Shown: positions 55,859-64,000 of the stretch, piece after piece | How the letters are laid out: the number at the start of each line of letters is the position of its first letter | Position numbering within the stretch: position 1 is the stretch's first letter | Assembly (NCBI GenBank): GCA_964022135.1 | Contig: CAXIBD010000009.1 | Span: 491 to 64,490, forward strand | Reading direction: 5' to 3' | DNA length: 64,000 bases | DNA from: an uncultured Sphingomonadales bacterium | GTDB lineage: Bacteria > Pseudomonadota > Alphaproteobacteria > Sphingomonadales > Sphingomonadaceae | Translations under genes and position numbers: made by a program | Notes under the pieces: model-generated | What the model was told of the DNA's origin: nothing | The model's database searches: none | What the model saw: only the letters and a program-made list of their open reading frames with translations

Positions 55859-56763
55859 TGGGAATTTGTGACGGACGGACGGTTATTATAACCGGTGCAG
55901 CAGGCGGGCTTGGCAAGGCTTATGCGGTAGCATTTGCCTCCGAAGGCGCCAATGTCGTGGTCAACGATATCGGCACTTCCCTGGGCGGTGAAGGCCGGGA
56001 TACCAGTGCGGCAGACGCCGTGGTTGAAGAGATCAAGGCGGCGGGCGGTAGCGCTTTCGCCAATTATGACGATGTGACCGACTGGGATGCAGGCAAACGA
56101 ATTGTGGATGCCGCCGTCGAAGCCTTTGGTGACCTCCATGTCGTAGTAAATAATGCCGGGATTGTCCGCGACCGGATGTTTGTGTCCGCAACTCTCGAAG
56201 AATGGGATGCAACCATGCATGTGCATTTACGCGGCCATTTTTGTATCGCACGGCATGCCGTGGATTATTGGCGCGCCCGGTCCAAGGAAGGTCATGAAAT
56301 TGATGCCCGGATCATAAACACAACATCCGGCGCGGGCCTTCAAGGCTCGATAGCCCAAGCAGCCTATTCGACGGCGAAAGGCGGCATCGCGTCGCTTACA
56401 CTGGTTCAGGCGGCAGAGCTTGGGCGCTATGGCATCACCGCCAATGCGCTTGCACCTTCCGCACGGACCCGCATGACCGAACAAGCTTTTGCGGACAAGA
56501 TGGCGACCGGAGGTGAAGCTTTTGACGTAATGGATCCCGCCAACATCGCGCCAACAGTCGTCTGGCTGGGTTCGGTTCAGTCAAAAGACGTCACCGGCTG
56601 TATCTTCGAACTCGAAGGCGGCAAAATCATGCTGGAAGATGGCTGGCGAGAAGGGCCGGTGGTCGATGCCGGTGGCAAATGGAATCCAGCTGACGTCGGC
56701 GACGCCGTCTCTGGATTGATGAAAGAGCGCAACCCTCCTAGAAAAGTGTGGGGCACCGCCTGA
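55858..56763 (+). CDS. SDR family oxidoreductase (hydroxyacyl-CoA dehydrogenase-like)
   Basis: VIITGAAGGLGKAYAVAF...VVNNAGIVRDR...YSTAKGG. Confidence 0.75.
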   Translation: MGICDGRTVIITGAAGGLGKAYAVAFASEGANVVVNDIGTSLGGEGRDTSAADAVVEEIKAAGGSAFANYDDVTDWDAGKRIVDAAVEAFGDLHVVVNNAGIVRDRMFVSATLEEWDATMHVHLRGHFCIARHAVDYWRARSKEGHEIDARIINTTSGAGLQGSIAQAAYSTAKGGIASLTLVQAAELGRYGITANALAPSARTRMTEQAFADKMATGGEAFDVMDPANIAPTVVWLGSVQSKDVTGCIFELEGGKIMLEDGWREGPVVDAGGKWNPADVGDAVSGLMKERNPPRKVWGTA

Positions 56764-57818
56764 TGGATTTCGCATTTACCGACGAACAGGCGATGATAGC
56801 CGAGACCGCCCGGCAGTTTTTCACCGAAACGGCGACTAGCAAGCGCACCCGCGAGGCAATGAAGGTCGATGGCTTTGATCGGGACACGTGGCGGTCATTC
56901 TGTCAGGATCTGGGCCTGAGCGGTCTTCTGATATCTGAAGAATTTGGAGGCTCAGGCCTTGGTATGGTCGAATTTGCCAATGTCGCAGAGGCAGCTGGAG
57001 CGCAGGTTGCCGCCATACCCCTTCTTGGTCAGACCATGGTCGGTCAAGCCATCGCGGCAGGTGGCAGCGATGAACAGAAATCCGCTTGGCTACCCAGATT
57101 GGCAACGGGTGAGATTGTCGCGACTGCCAGCGGCAATGCTGAACTGAATGCCAAAGGCAATATTCTTTCAGGGACCATCAAATTCGTCCCGCATGGGAAC
57201 ATCGCGGATATGTTTATAGTGTCCGATGGCAAAAATGCCTGGATCGTTGATGGGAGCGCCAATGGACTTACGGTGGAAACTCCAACCACCATGGACCAAA
57301 CGCGGCCGCTCGCGACTTTGACCCTTGATAATGTCGATGCAGACCCGTTGGCCGATAGCGATGCCGCCTTGGCAGCCGGCAAGTCTGGCGGCTGGATCTG
57401 TCTTGCTGCGGAAGCTCTCGGTGGCGCTCAGGCCTGCCTTGATCGCACCGTCGCCTATTCAAAGGAACGCGTCCAATTCGGACGAGCGATTGGCAGTTTT
57501 CAGGCTTACAAGCACCGCGCAGCCGATATGATGATCGAGATCGAACAGGCAAGGTCTGCAGTCTATTGGGCGGCCTGTGCCGTCGATGAAGGTTCGGAAG
57601 ACGCCATGATGGCACTTCATGCCGCAAAAAGCTTCTGTGCCGACAGTTATTTCAAATGCGCAGGTGACATGATCCAGTTGCATGGCGGCATCGGTTTTAC
57701 CTGGGAGCATGATGCGCATCTGTTTTTCAAACGAGCGCGCTCGATCCAGACCTTATTGCAGAACAGCGTCTGGCATAACGAACAAATTGCGACCATGATA
57801 TTGGGAGAAGCCGCATGA
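56763..57818 (+). CDS. acyl-CoA dehydrogenase family protein (first of second ACAD pair)
   Basis: ORF from 56748, trimmed to ATG 56763 (TGATG overlap). MDFAFTDEQAMIAE; FGRAIGSFQAYKHRAADM. Confidence 0.8.
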   Translation: MDFAFTDEQAMIAETARQFFTETATSKRTREAMKVDGFDRDTWRSFCQDLGLSGLLISEEFGGSGLGMVEFANVAEAAGAQVAAIPLLGQTMVGQAIAAGGSDEQKSAWLPRLATGEIVATASGNAELNAKGNILSGTIKFVPHGNIADMFIVSDGKNAWIVDGSANGLTVETPTTMDQTRPLATLTLDNVDADPLADSDAALAAGKSGGWICLAAEALGGAQACLDRTVAYSKERVQFGRAIGSFQAYKHRAADMMIEIEQARSAVYWAACAVDEGSEDAMMALHAAKSFCADSYFKCAGDMIQLHGGIGFTWEHDAHLFFKRARSIQTLLQNSVWHNEQIATMILGEAA

Positions 57819-58993
57819 GACTGGGTTTCTCGAAAGCAGAAGAAGATTTTCGCGCGGAATGTGCCGACTGGCTGACTGCGCAGATGGCCGGAGAATTTTC
57901 CGACATTAAAGGCATTACGACGCTCACCGAAAAAGCAGAACGGCGCAAGGAATGGGAGCAACAGCTTGCGGCCCACAAATGGTCTTGTATCGGTTGGCCC
58001 GAAAAATGGGGTGGCCGAGGCGCCAGCCTTGCCGAGCAGGTTATTTTCGCTGAGGAATATGCCCGTGCGGGCGTGCCGGGGCGAGTGAATCATATCGGCA
58101 TCGAGCTGGCCGGACCGACGATATTAACATTCGGGACCGACGAACAGAAGCAGCAATTCCTGCCTGATATCGCGGCGGGAAGAACAATTTTCTGTCAGGG
58201 CTTTTCAGAACCCAATGCAGGCTCAGATCTCGCCGGCGTTCGGACCAAAGCACAACTGGAAAATGGCAAATGGGTCGTGAACGGACAGAAAATATGGACT
58301 AGCCTGGCCCATATTTCTGACTGGATTTTCGTGATTGCGCGGAGCGAAGAAGGCACCAAAGGGCCAAGGGGACTGACGTTCCTGATGATGCCGATCGACC
58401 AGCCCGGTATTGAAATTCGCGGGATTCAGCAGATCAACGGCGATGCCGAATTCAACGAAACATTCTTCACAGACGCGACTTGCCCGGAAGACAGTTTGAT
58501 TGGTGCGCCTGGCGAAGGCTGGAAAATTGCCATGGGACTGCTGGCCTTTGAACGCGGTGTGTCCACCCTGGGTCAGCAAATGGGGTTCCGCAACGAACTC
58601 GACGCGATCATTGCTGCGGCAAAAGCCAACGGCAGCGCCAATGACCCCCTCATCCGGCAGCGGATCGCCAAGGCCGAAATTGGTCTGCAACTCATGCGTT
58701 ATGGTGCTCTTCGGATGCTCTCCAATAGCGATCATTCCAAAGTTGATGGCGCGGCGCTTACCTATAAGATCCAGTGGGCAAGCTGGCGTCGGTCGCTTGG
58801 TGAACTTGGCATGGATGTCCTCGGGCAAGCGGCCGAGGTGACTGACAATCCGGCCTATGAATGGGGGATGCTTCCCAATCTGTTCCTGTTTTCACGTTCA
58901 GATACTATTTATGGCGGAACCAACCAGATCCAGCGGAATATGATTGCTGAACGCGCACTTGGCATGCCGCGGGAACCAAGAGGTGACACATGA
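57815..58993 (+). CDS. acyl-CoA dehydrogenase (second of second ACAD pair)
   Basis: 392 aa; FSEPNAGSDLAGV, QKIWTS; ATGA overlap with the upstream gene. Confidence 0.8.
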   Translation: MRLGFSKAEEDFRAECADWLTAQMAGEFSDIKGITTLTEKAERRKEWEQQLAAHKWSCIGWPEKWGGRGASLAEQVIFAEEYARAGVPGRVNHIGIELAGPTILTFGTDEQKQQFLPDIAAGRTIFCQGFSEPNAGSDLAGVRTKAQLENGKWVVNGQKIWTSLAHISDWIFVIARSEEGTKGPRGLTFLMMPIDQPGIEIRGIQQINGDAEFNETFFTDATCPEDSLIGAPGEGWKIAMGLLAFERGVSTLGQQMGFRNELDAIIAAAKANGSANDPLIRQRIAKAEIGLQLMRYGALRMLSNSDHSKVDGAALTYKIQWASWRRSLGELGMDVLGQAAEVTDNPAYEWGMLPNLFLFSRSDTIYGGTNQIQRNMIAERALGMPREPRGDT

Positions 58994-59766
58994 GCATTCC
59001 CGCATATCCCGAACCAAGAAATTTGCTGAAGGATAAAACCGTCGTCGTCACCGCTGCTGCGGGAACAGGAATCGGCTTTTCTGCGGCCAAGCGTGCCGCC
59101 GAGGAAGGCGCCAAGGTTCTGATCAGCGATTTTCATGAGCGCCGTCTCGGCGAAGCGGCCGACCGCATTGCAGATGAGATCGGGGAGCGCCCCTTCACAT
59201 GCGTTTGTGATGTGACCAATCAGGACCATGTAGATGGATTGCGCGATGCTGCCATCCGCGAGCTCGGTCATGTAGATGTCCTCATCAACAATGCGGGCCT
59301 TGGCGGAGAAGCACCGGTCGTCGATATGACAGACGAGCAATGGCACCGCGTTGTCGATGTGACGATGACCAGCGTATTTCGAATGACCCGCGCCTTTCTG
59401 CCGCACATGCAGGAACGGAAATCCGGGGCAATCGTCAACAACGCCTCTGTTCTGGGCTGGCGCGCACAGAAGGGACAGGCGCATTACGCTGCTGCAAAAG
59501 CCGGCGTAATGGCATTCACCCGTTGTTCCGCCGTCGAAGCGGCCGAATTTGGCGTCCGGATCAATGCCGTCGCACCAAGCATCGCCATGCACGCTTTTCT
59601 CGCCAAGGTAACGACCGATGAATTATTGGCAGAACTCTCAGCCAAAGAGGCTTTTGGCCGCCCGGCAGAAGTGTGGGAAGTGGCAAACGTCATGATGTTC
59701 CTCGCATCCGATCTCTCCAGCTACATGACCGGCGAGATTTTATCGGTGTCCAGCCAGCGGGCTTAA
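58990..59766 (+). CDS. SDR family oxidoreductase
   Basis: VVVTAAAGTGIGFSAAKRA; YAAAK. Confidence 0.8.
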   Translation: MSIPAYPEPRNLLKDKTVVVTAAAGTGIGFSAAKRAAEEGAKVLISDFHERRLGEAADRIADEIGERPFTCVCDVTNQDHVDGLRDAAIRELGHVDVLINNAGLGGEAPVVDMTDEQWHRVVDVTMTSVFRMTRAFLPHMQERKSGAIVNNASVLGWRAQKGQAHYAAAKAGVMAFTRCSAVEAAEFGVRINAVAPSIAMHAFLAKVTTDELLAELSAKEAFGRPAEVWEVANVMMFLASDLSSYMTGEILSVSSQRA

Positions 59767-59776
59767 GGAGCAGCAA

Positions 59777-60241
59777 ATGGTCAAGATTTACGAAAGCCCC
59801 CGAGATCTGATCGGCCAGGAAGGGACCATGTTCGGTCCCAGCAACTGGCTGACGATTGATCAGGAACGGGTCAACGGCTTTGCCGATGTAACCGGCGATC
59901 ACCAGTGGATTCATGTGGATGTGGAAAAGGCCAAGGACGGACCGTTCGGCACTACCATCGCGCACGGCTATCTGACGATGAGCCTGGTCAATGTCTTTTT
60001 ACCTGAACTTGTCGAGGTGCGCGGGTTCAGTCACGCTGTCAATGTCGGTGCGGACCGACTTCGCTTTTTGGCACCTGTGACCGTCGGCAGCCGCATTCGC
60101 GCAATTGGCGAGATTGTCGCGGTCGAGGAAATCAAGGGCGGTATCCAGCAGGTTGTCCGCGTCACGATCGAGATTGAAGGCAGTGAAAAACCTGCCTGCA
60201 TCATTGATACGATCAGCCGCTATTACCCGGAGGATATATGA
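59777..60241 (+). CDS. MaoC-like (R)-specific enoyl-CoA hydratase (hotdog fold)
   Basis: FADVTGDHQWIHVDVEKA...TIAHGYLT hydratase-2 motif. Confidence 0.8.
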   Translation: MVKIYESPRDLIGQEGTMFGPSNWLTIDQERVNGFADVTGDHQWIHVDVEKAKDGPFGTTIAHGYLTMSLVNVFLPELVEVRGFSHAVNVGADRLRFLAPVTVGSRIRAIGEIVAVEEIKGGIQQVVRVTIEIEGSEKPACIIDTISRYYPEDI

Positions 60242-60618
60242 AGACCGTTACCGCCGTCGACAAAATAAAGGTCGTGGAGACTTATATTGCCTCCTACAAC
60301 AAAGGCGACCTCGAGGGTATAGTCTCCATTTTTGCTGATGACGCTGCGGTCGAAGATCCGGTGGGAACGCCCTTGTTGCGTGGCAAAGAAGCAATCAGAA
60401 CTTTCATGCAGGCCGGCGTTTCCATGGGCGCGCAATTGCGCCTGGAGGGCTCTATACGCTGCGCCGGCGATTATGCCGCATTTCCGTTCGTCGTCGAACT
60501 GGAACTCGACGGCAAACTTACTTGTATCGAGGTAATCGATATATTCAAATTTGATGAGCACGGGAAAGTAATCGAGATGCGTGCATTTTTTGGCCCAGAC
60601 AACATGAAAGCTGCTTAA
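60238..60618 (+). CDS. ksi: 3-ketosteroid Delta5-isomerase (ketosteroid isomerase)
   Basis: 126 aa. GDLEGIVSIFADDAAVEDPVGTP and IDIFKFDEHGKVIEMRAFFGPDN closely parallel my recollection of Comamonas testosteroni KSI ([47 protein letters not shown]). Tyr/Asp/Asp catalytic positions are conserved. Confidence 0.9.
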   Translation: MKTVTAVDKIKVVETYIASYNKGDLEGIVSIFADDAAVEDPVGTPLLRGKEAIRTFMQAGVSMGAQLRLEGSIRCAGDYAAFPFVVELELDGKLTCIEVIDIFKFDEHGKVIEMRAFFGPDNMKAA

Positions 60619-60619
60619 G

Positions 60620-62161
60620 TTGATCGACGGTCCAAAAGATTTGCCGCCGACGATTCCCCATCTTGCCAAGCGAGGTGCGGAAGTCTTTGGTGCGATGCCT
60701 GCCATTCTCGAGCATGGAGAAACATGGAGCTATCAGCAGCTCTGGGCCCATATAAGCCGCGCTGCTTCCGCTATGCTGAAAGCCGGGATCTCTCATGGAG
60801 ACCGCATAGCAATCTGGGCGCCGAACCGGCGAGAATGGATTGTTGTCGCCATTGCAGGCCAGCTGACCGGGGCAGCGATCGTGCCGCTCAATACGCGGCT
60901 TAAAGGGCAAGAGGCGTCCGATATAATCCGCCGCACATCGGCCAAAGCGCTGTTTACCGTAAAGGATTTTCTGGGTACCAACTATCCCGAAATGATCGCC
61001 GGGGAGGATTTGCCCTCGCTTTCGATGACAATATGCTTCGACAGTGGCTGGGCAGATTTTATTGCGACCGGCAGCTATGATGACGAAGCCGTCGATCAAG
61101 CACTGAACGCCTTAAATGCGAGCGATGTCAGTGACATCATGTTCACGTCTGGAACGACCGGTATTCCCAAGGGCGTATTGACGACCCACGACCGCATCAT
61201 CCCGATGTTCGCAAACTGGACGCAGCTGGTCGATTTGCGCGAAGGCGATCCTTATCTTATCATCAATCCCTTCTTTCACAGCTTCGGTTTCAAGGCCGGG
61301 TTTGTGGCCGCGCTTCTGGTCGGTGCCCTTGTTGTGCCTATGGCTGTTTTCGATGTCAAAAAGGTAATTACCCATATCGAGCAGGATCGCATCGCTTTCA
61401 TTCCCGGGCCGCCTACCATATTTCAGGCGCTTCTGGCTGAATTGGCAGGACGCAGCTTTGATTACAGTTCTCTGCATTCCGCGATGACGGGAGCAGCTAC
61501 TGTCCCACCGTCCCTGATCCGCCGGATGCATGACGAATTGGGGTTTGAACGTGTGCTGACCGCTTACGGCATGACCGAATGTACGAATATCACTTCCTGT
61601 GTTCCAGGCGACTCCCCCGAATTAATCGCCAACAGCTGCGGCAAGGCCATACCCGGCATGGAGGTCCGCATTGCAGATGAAGAAGGCAAGGAGGCTCCGC
61701 GCGAGGAAACCGGTGAAATCCATGTCCGCGGTTACGGCGTCATGCTGGGTTATCTGGATGATCCGGAAGCTACTGCAGAAGCGATTGATCCCGATGGCTG
61801 GCTTCACACCGGTGATGTCGGCACGATGGATGAAAACGGTTATGTTCGCATCACAGACCGTAAAAAAGACATGTATATCTCAGGCGGTTTCAACTGTTAT
61901 CCCGCCGAAGTCGAAAAGCTGTTGGCCAACCATCCGGCGATCGAAATGGTCGCCGTTATCGGCGTTCCAGACGACCGGATGGGAGAGGTCGGCAAAGCCT
62001 TTGTGGTGCTCCGGCCCGGCGTGACGCTGACCGATAGCGACCTGATCAGCTGGGCACGCGACAACATGGCAAATTACAAAGTGCCGCGTGTCGTCAGCTT
62101 TGTCGAACGCCTCCCCCAAAATGCAGCAGGAAAGGTCGTGAAGACGGAACTGCGCATCTGA
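60620..62161 (+). CDS. acyl-CoA synthetase (FadD3 / ScdA-like HIP-CoA ligase)
   Basis: TTG start 2 nt after the ksi stop. IMFTSGTTGIPKGVLTTH, YGMTE, SGGFNCYP. Last gene of the plus-strand operon. Confidence 0.75.
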   Translation: MIDGPKDLPPTIPHLAKRGAEVFGAMPAILEHGETWSYQQLWAHISRAASAMLKAGISHGDRIAIWAPNRREWIVVAIAGQLTGAAIVPLNTRLKGQEASDIIRRTSAKALFTVKDFLGTNYPEMIAGEDLPSLSMTICFDSGWADFIATGSYDDEAVDQALNALNASDVSDIMFTSGTTGIPKGVLTTHDRIIPMFANWTQLVDLREGDPYLIINPFFHSFGFKAGFVAALLVGALVVPMAVFDVKKVITHIEQDRIAFIPGPPTIFQALLAELAGRSFDYSSLHSAMTGAATVPPSLIRRMHDELGFERVLTAYGMTECTNITSCVPGDSPELIANSCGKAIPGMEVRIADEEGKEAPREETGEIHVRGYGVMLGYLDDPEATAEAIDPDGWLHTGDVGTMDENGYVRITDRKKDMYISGGFNCYPAEVEKLLANHPAIEMVAVIGVPDDRMGEVGKAFVVLRPGVTLTDSDLISWARDNMANYKVPRVVSFVERLPQNAAGKVVKTELRI

Positions 62162-62170
62162 GCCACTTAA

Positions 62171-62923
62171 TCAGGAGACCGTGGCACCGCCGTCAATAAC
62201 CAGAGGATGGCCTGTCACAAAGCTGGCTTGATCGCTGCATAGCCACAAAACGGCGCTGGCAATCTCTTCCGGCTGCCCCATTCGGCCAAGCGGTGTCATA
62301 TTCTCCATCGCTGCACGATACTGAGGATTGCTGGCGACCGCTTCCGTCATTGCGGTTTCAATCACGCCCGGACAGACACAATTCACACGAATATTCTGTT
62401 TCGCCCATTTCAGAGCGCCGTGGCGGGTCAATCCGACGACACCATGTTTGGTCGCCACATAGGCGGGCTGCGAGGGATTGCCTGTAAGCCCGTTTATGGA
62501 GGAGGTGTTCACAATCGCGCCGCCGCCGCTTTGCAGCATGGCACCGGCTTCGGCACGCATGCAATGCATCACCCCGGTCAGGTTTATGCTGAGAGCACGA
62601 TCCCAGACATCTTCGTCCCATTCGTTCGCCTGGATATTTGTAATCCCTGCGTTGTTGTGACCGTAATCCAGCCGACCATAAACTTTGATGGCCTGTGCGA
62701 CCAGGGCATTCACGGCACCGGCGTCCGAGACGTCGCACTTCACAAAAATGGCGTTGCCGCCAGCTTGCTTGATCAGATCAACGGTTTCGTCACCACCCTG
62801 CACATTGACATCGCTAACAACTACGGAGGCCCCTGACTGACCGAAAGCAAAAGCCGTCGCCCGTCCAATTCCGCTTCCCGCGCCGGTAATGAGAGCAACT
62901 TTCCCGTCAAAATCGTAGTTCAT
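62171..62923 (-). CDS. SDR family oxidoreductase (candidate hydroxysteroid dehydrogenase)
   Basis: ORF to 62983, trimmed to ATG 62923 (MNYDFDGKVALITGAGSGIGRATAFAF); YVATK. Confidence 0.8.
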   Translation of the reverse strand: MNYDFDGKVALITGAGSGIGRATAFAFGQSGASVVVSDVNVQGGDETVDLIKQAGGNAIFVKCDVSDAGAVNALVAQAIKVYGRLDYGHNNAGITNIQANEWDEDVWDRALSINLTGVMHCMRAEAGAMLQSGGGAIVNTSSINGLTGNPSQPAYVATKHGVVGLTRHGALKWAKQNIRVNCVCPGVIETAMTEAVASNPQYRAAMENMTPLGRMGQPEEIASAVLWLCSDQASFVTGHPLVIDGGATVS

Positions 62924-62941
62924 GCCAATCCTTTCTTGAAT

Positions 62942-62971
62942 TGCGTAATATTTAGCATAGGGTAAAACGCA
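62942..62971. promoter_or_regulatory. dyad operator copy G
   Basis: TGCGTAATATTTAGCATAGGGTAAAACGCA, in the divergent promoter region between the SDR (62171..62923) and the OYE gene (63010). Confidence 0.6.
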
Positions 62972-63009
62972 AACATTGGTCAATATACGACTTTAAGGAT
63001 ATTTTTCGT

Positions 63010-64000
63010 ATGAATGACATATTATTTCAACCTGTAAAGCTCGGCGCTCTTGAGCTATCCAATGCCATTGTGATGGCCCCCATGACACGCGACCGCGCAG
63101 GGCCCGGAGATGTCCCGACTGATGCGATGGTCGAATATTACCGCCAACGCGCTTCTGCTGGCCTTATAATTACCGAAGGTACACAGCCAACCCCTGCTGG
63201 CAAAGGATATTGGCGCACCCCCGGCATTTGGTCAGACGACCAGATTGCAGGGTGGCGCAAAGTCTCGGATGCTGTTCACGCCGAAGGCGGGAAGATTGTC
63301 ATGCAGCTTATGCACTGCGGCAGAGTCTGCGTGACAGCCAATAAGCAAGACGCATCAGAGGTTATTGCCCCCTCCGCCATTGCCTGTGCCGACAAAGTTC
63401 CCGGACCGGATGGCGTTCCCGTCGCGACAGCAATGCCCCGCGCGCTGACAACTGATGAAGTCTCTGATGTCGTGGAGGAATATGCTCAGGCAGCGCGCAA
63501 TGCATTGGAAGCCGGAATGGATGGCGTAGAGCTTCATTGTGCCAGTGGCTATCTGCCTAACCAATTTCTTAACCCCAACAGTAATCAACGCGCCGATAAA
63601 TACGGTGGCCCCGTGGAAAACCGCATCCGCTTCCCGTTGGAAATATTGGAAGCAATGAGCGGCGCAATCGGCAGTGACCGGGTCGGCTTTCGTATATCGC
63701 CGTTTAACCCGTATAACGACATGCAGGATGATGATCCCAAGGCAACTTTCGGTCCGCTTCTGCAATCTGCCGCCAAGCTTGACCTCGCTTATGTGCATTT
63801 GGTCGATATCGCCGATATGCTCGGTTTCGTGAATGAGAATTATGCTGGCACGGTGATCACCAATGGCAATTTGAAGTCCGATAAAGCCGCCGAAATACTA
63901 TCCCGCGGCCAAGCGCAGGCAGTTTCTTTTGGCCGTTATTTCATCAGCAATCCGGATTTGGTCGAGCGCTTCCGAGAAGAAGCAGAGCTCGCGCGCGTAG
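63010..64000 (+). CDS. NADH:flavin oxidoreductase / alkene reductase (Old Yellow Enzyme, NemA-like); 3' end runs off the window
   Basis: Not on the ORF track (no stop in the window). Translation from ATG 63010 gives MNDILFQPVKLGALELSNAIVMAPMTRDRA...GLIITEGTQP...ELHCASGYLPNQFL. Confidence 0.85.
   Translation, partial: MNDILFQPVKLGALELSNAIVMAPMTRDRAGPGDVPTDAMVEYYRQRASAGLIITEGTQPTPAGKGYWRTPGIWSDDQIAGWRKVSDAVHAEGGKIVMQLMHCGRVCVTANKQDASEVIAPSAIACADKVPGPDGVPVATAMPRALTTDEVSDVVEEYAQAARNALEAGMDGVELHCASGYLPNQFLNPNSNQRADKYGGPVENRIRFPLEILEAMSGAIGSDRVGFRISPFNPYNDMQDDDPKATFGPLLQSAAKLDLAYVHLVDIADMLGFVNENYAGTVITNGNLKSDKAAEILSRGQAQAVSFGRYFISNPDLVERFREEAELARV

Noticed and set aside
1-64000. Search for CRISPR arrays, IS elements, integrases, rRNA/tRNA genes, toxin-antitoxin or defence-system gene sets
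   Set aside because: There are no regularly spaced repeats, no transposase or integrase-like ORFs, and no structured RNA genes. No nuclease, ATPase or methylase combinations were recognised. Every multi-gene block has a coherent catabolic or transport reading.

Overview
The window has two compositionally different parts. Hand-counted 60-nt lines give about 60-68% GC for 1-15.9 kb and about 33-57% GC for 16-64 kb.

(1) 1-15.9 kb is a mostly minus-strand, translationally coupled locus for uptake and breakdown of D-amino-acid-containing (murein-type) peptides. It encodes an M19 dipeptidase, three S12 serine hydrolases, a YkvI-like membrane protein, a DUF1611/DgcN-like protein, a TonB-dependent receptor, a POT peptide permease, a DgcA-like epimerase, XRE-cupin and GntR regulators, and a Tat-signal M28-like peptidase.

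(2) 16-64 kb is a >48 kb steroid/bile-salt catabolic cluster of the 9,10-seco type.
- The ring-cleavage lower pathway and the HIP (C/D-ring) module are recognisable: extradiol dioxygenase, MCP hydrolase, hydratase, aldolase, acetaldehyde dehydrogenase, IpdAB-like CoA transferase, IpdC-like reductase, EchA20-like hydratases, two ACAD pairs, thiolase, a FadD3-like ligase and a clear ketosteroid isomerase.
- It also carries two KstD-type flavoproteins, two KshA-type Rieske oxygenases, nine SDRs, two OYE flavoproteins, four NTF2-like paralogues and an internal TonB-dependent receptor.
- A non-canonical operon (CoA ligase, atypical amidohydrolase, Rieske oxygenase, Tat-signal amidase, SDR, MFS, two Lrp/AsnC genes) resembles the poorly understood sphingomonad bile-salt side-chain route.

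The most interesting unannotated signal is a 30-bp dyad, consensus TGCGTAAT-N14-ATTACGCA. It has invariant spacing and sits in seven (plus one degenerate) promoter regions of the low-GC cluster, which implies a single uncharacterised regulator.

Other points:
- a flavin-reductase/winged-helix fusion protein;
- an orphan ORF and (CG)n palindromes at the compositional boundary;
- a second shared operator (GTCCTGATTAGG) in the peptide locus.

I found no rRNA, tRNA, CRISPR, IS element or integrase. All function calls rest on motif and family recognition by eye; no database search was possible.
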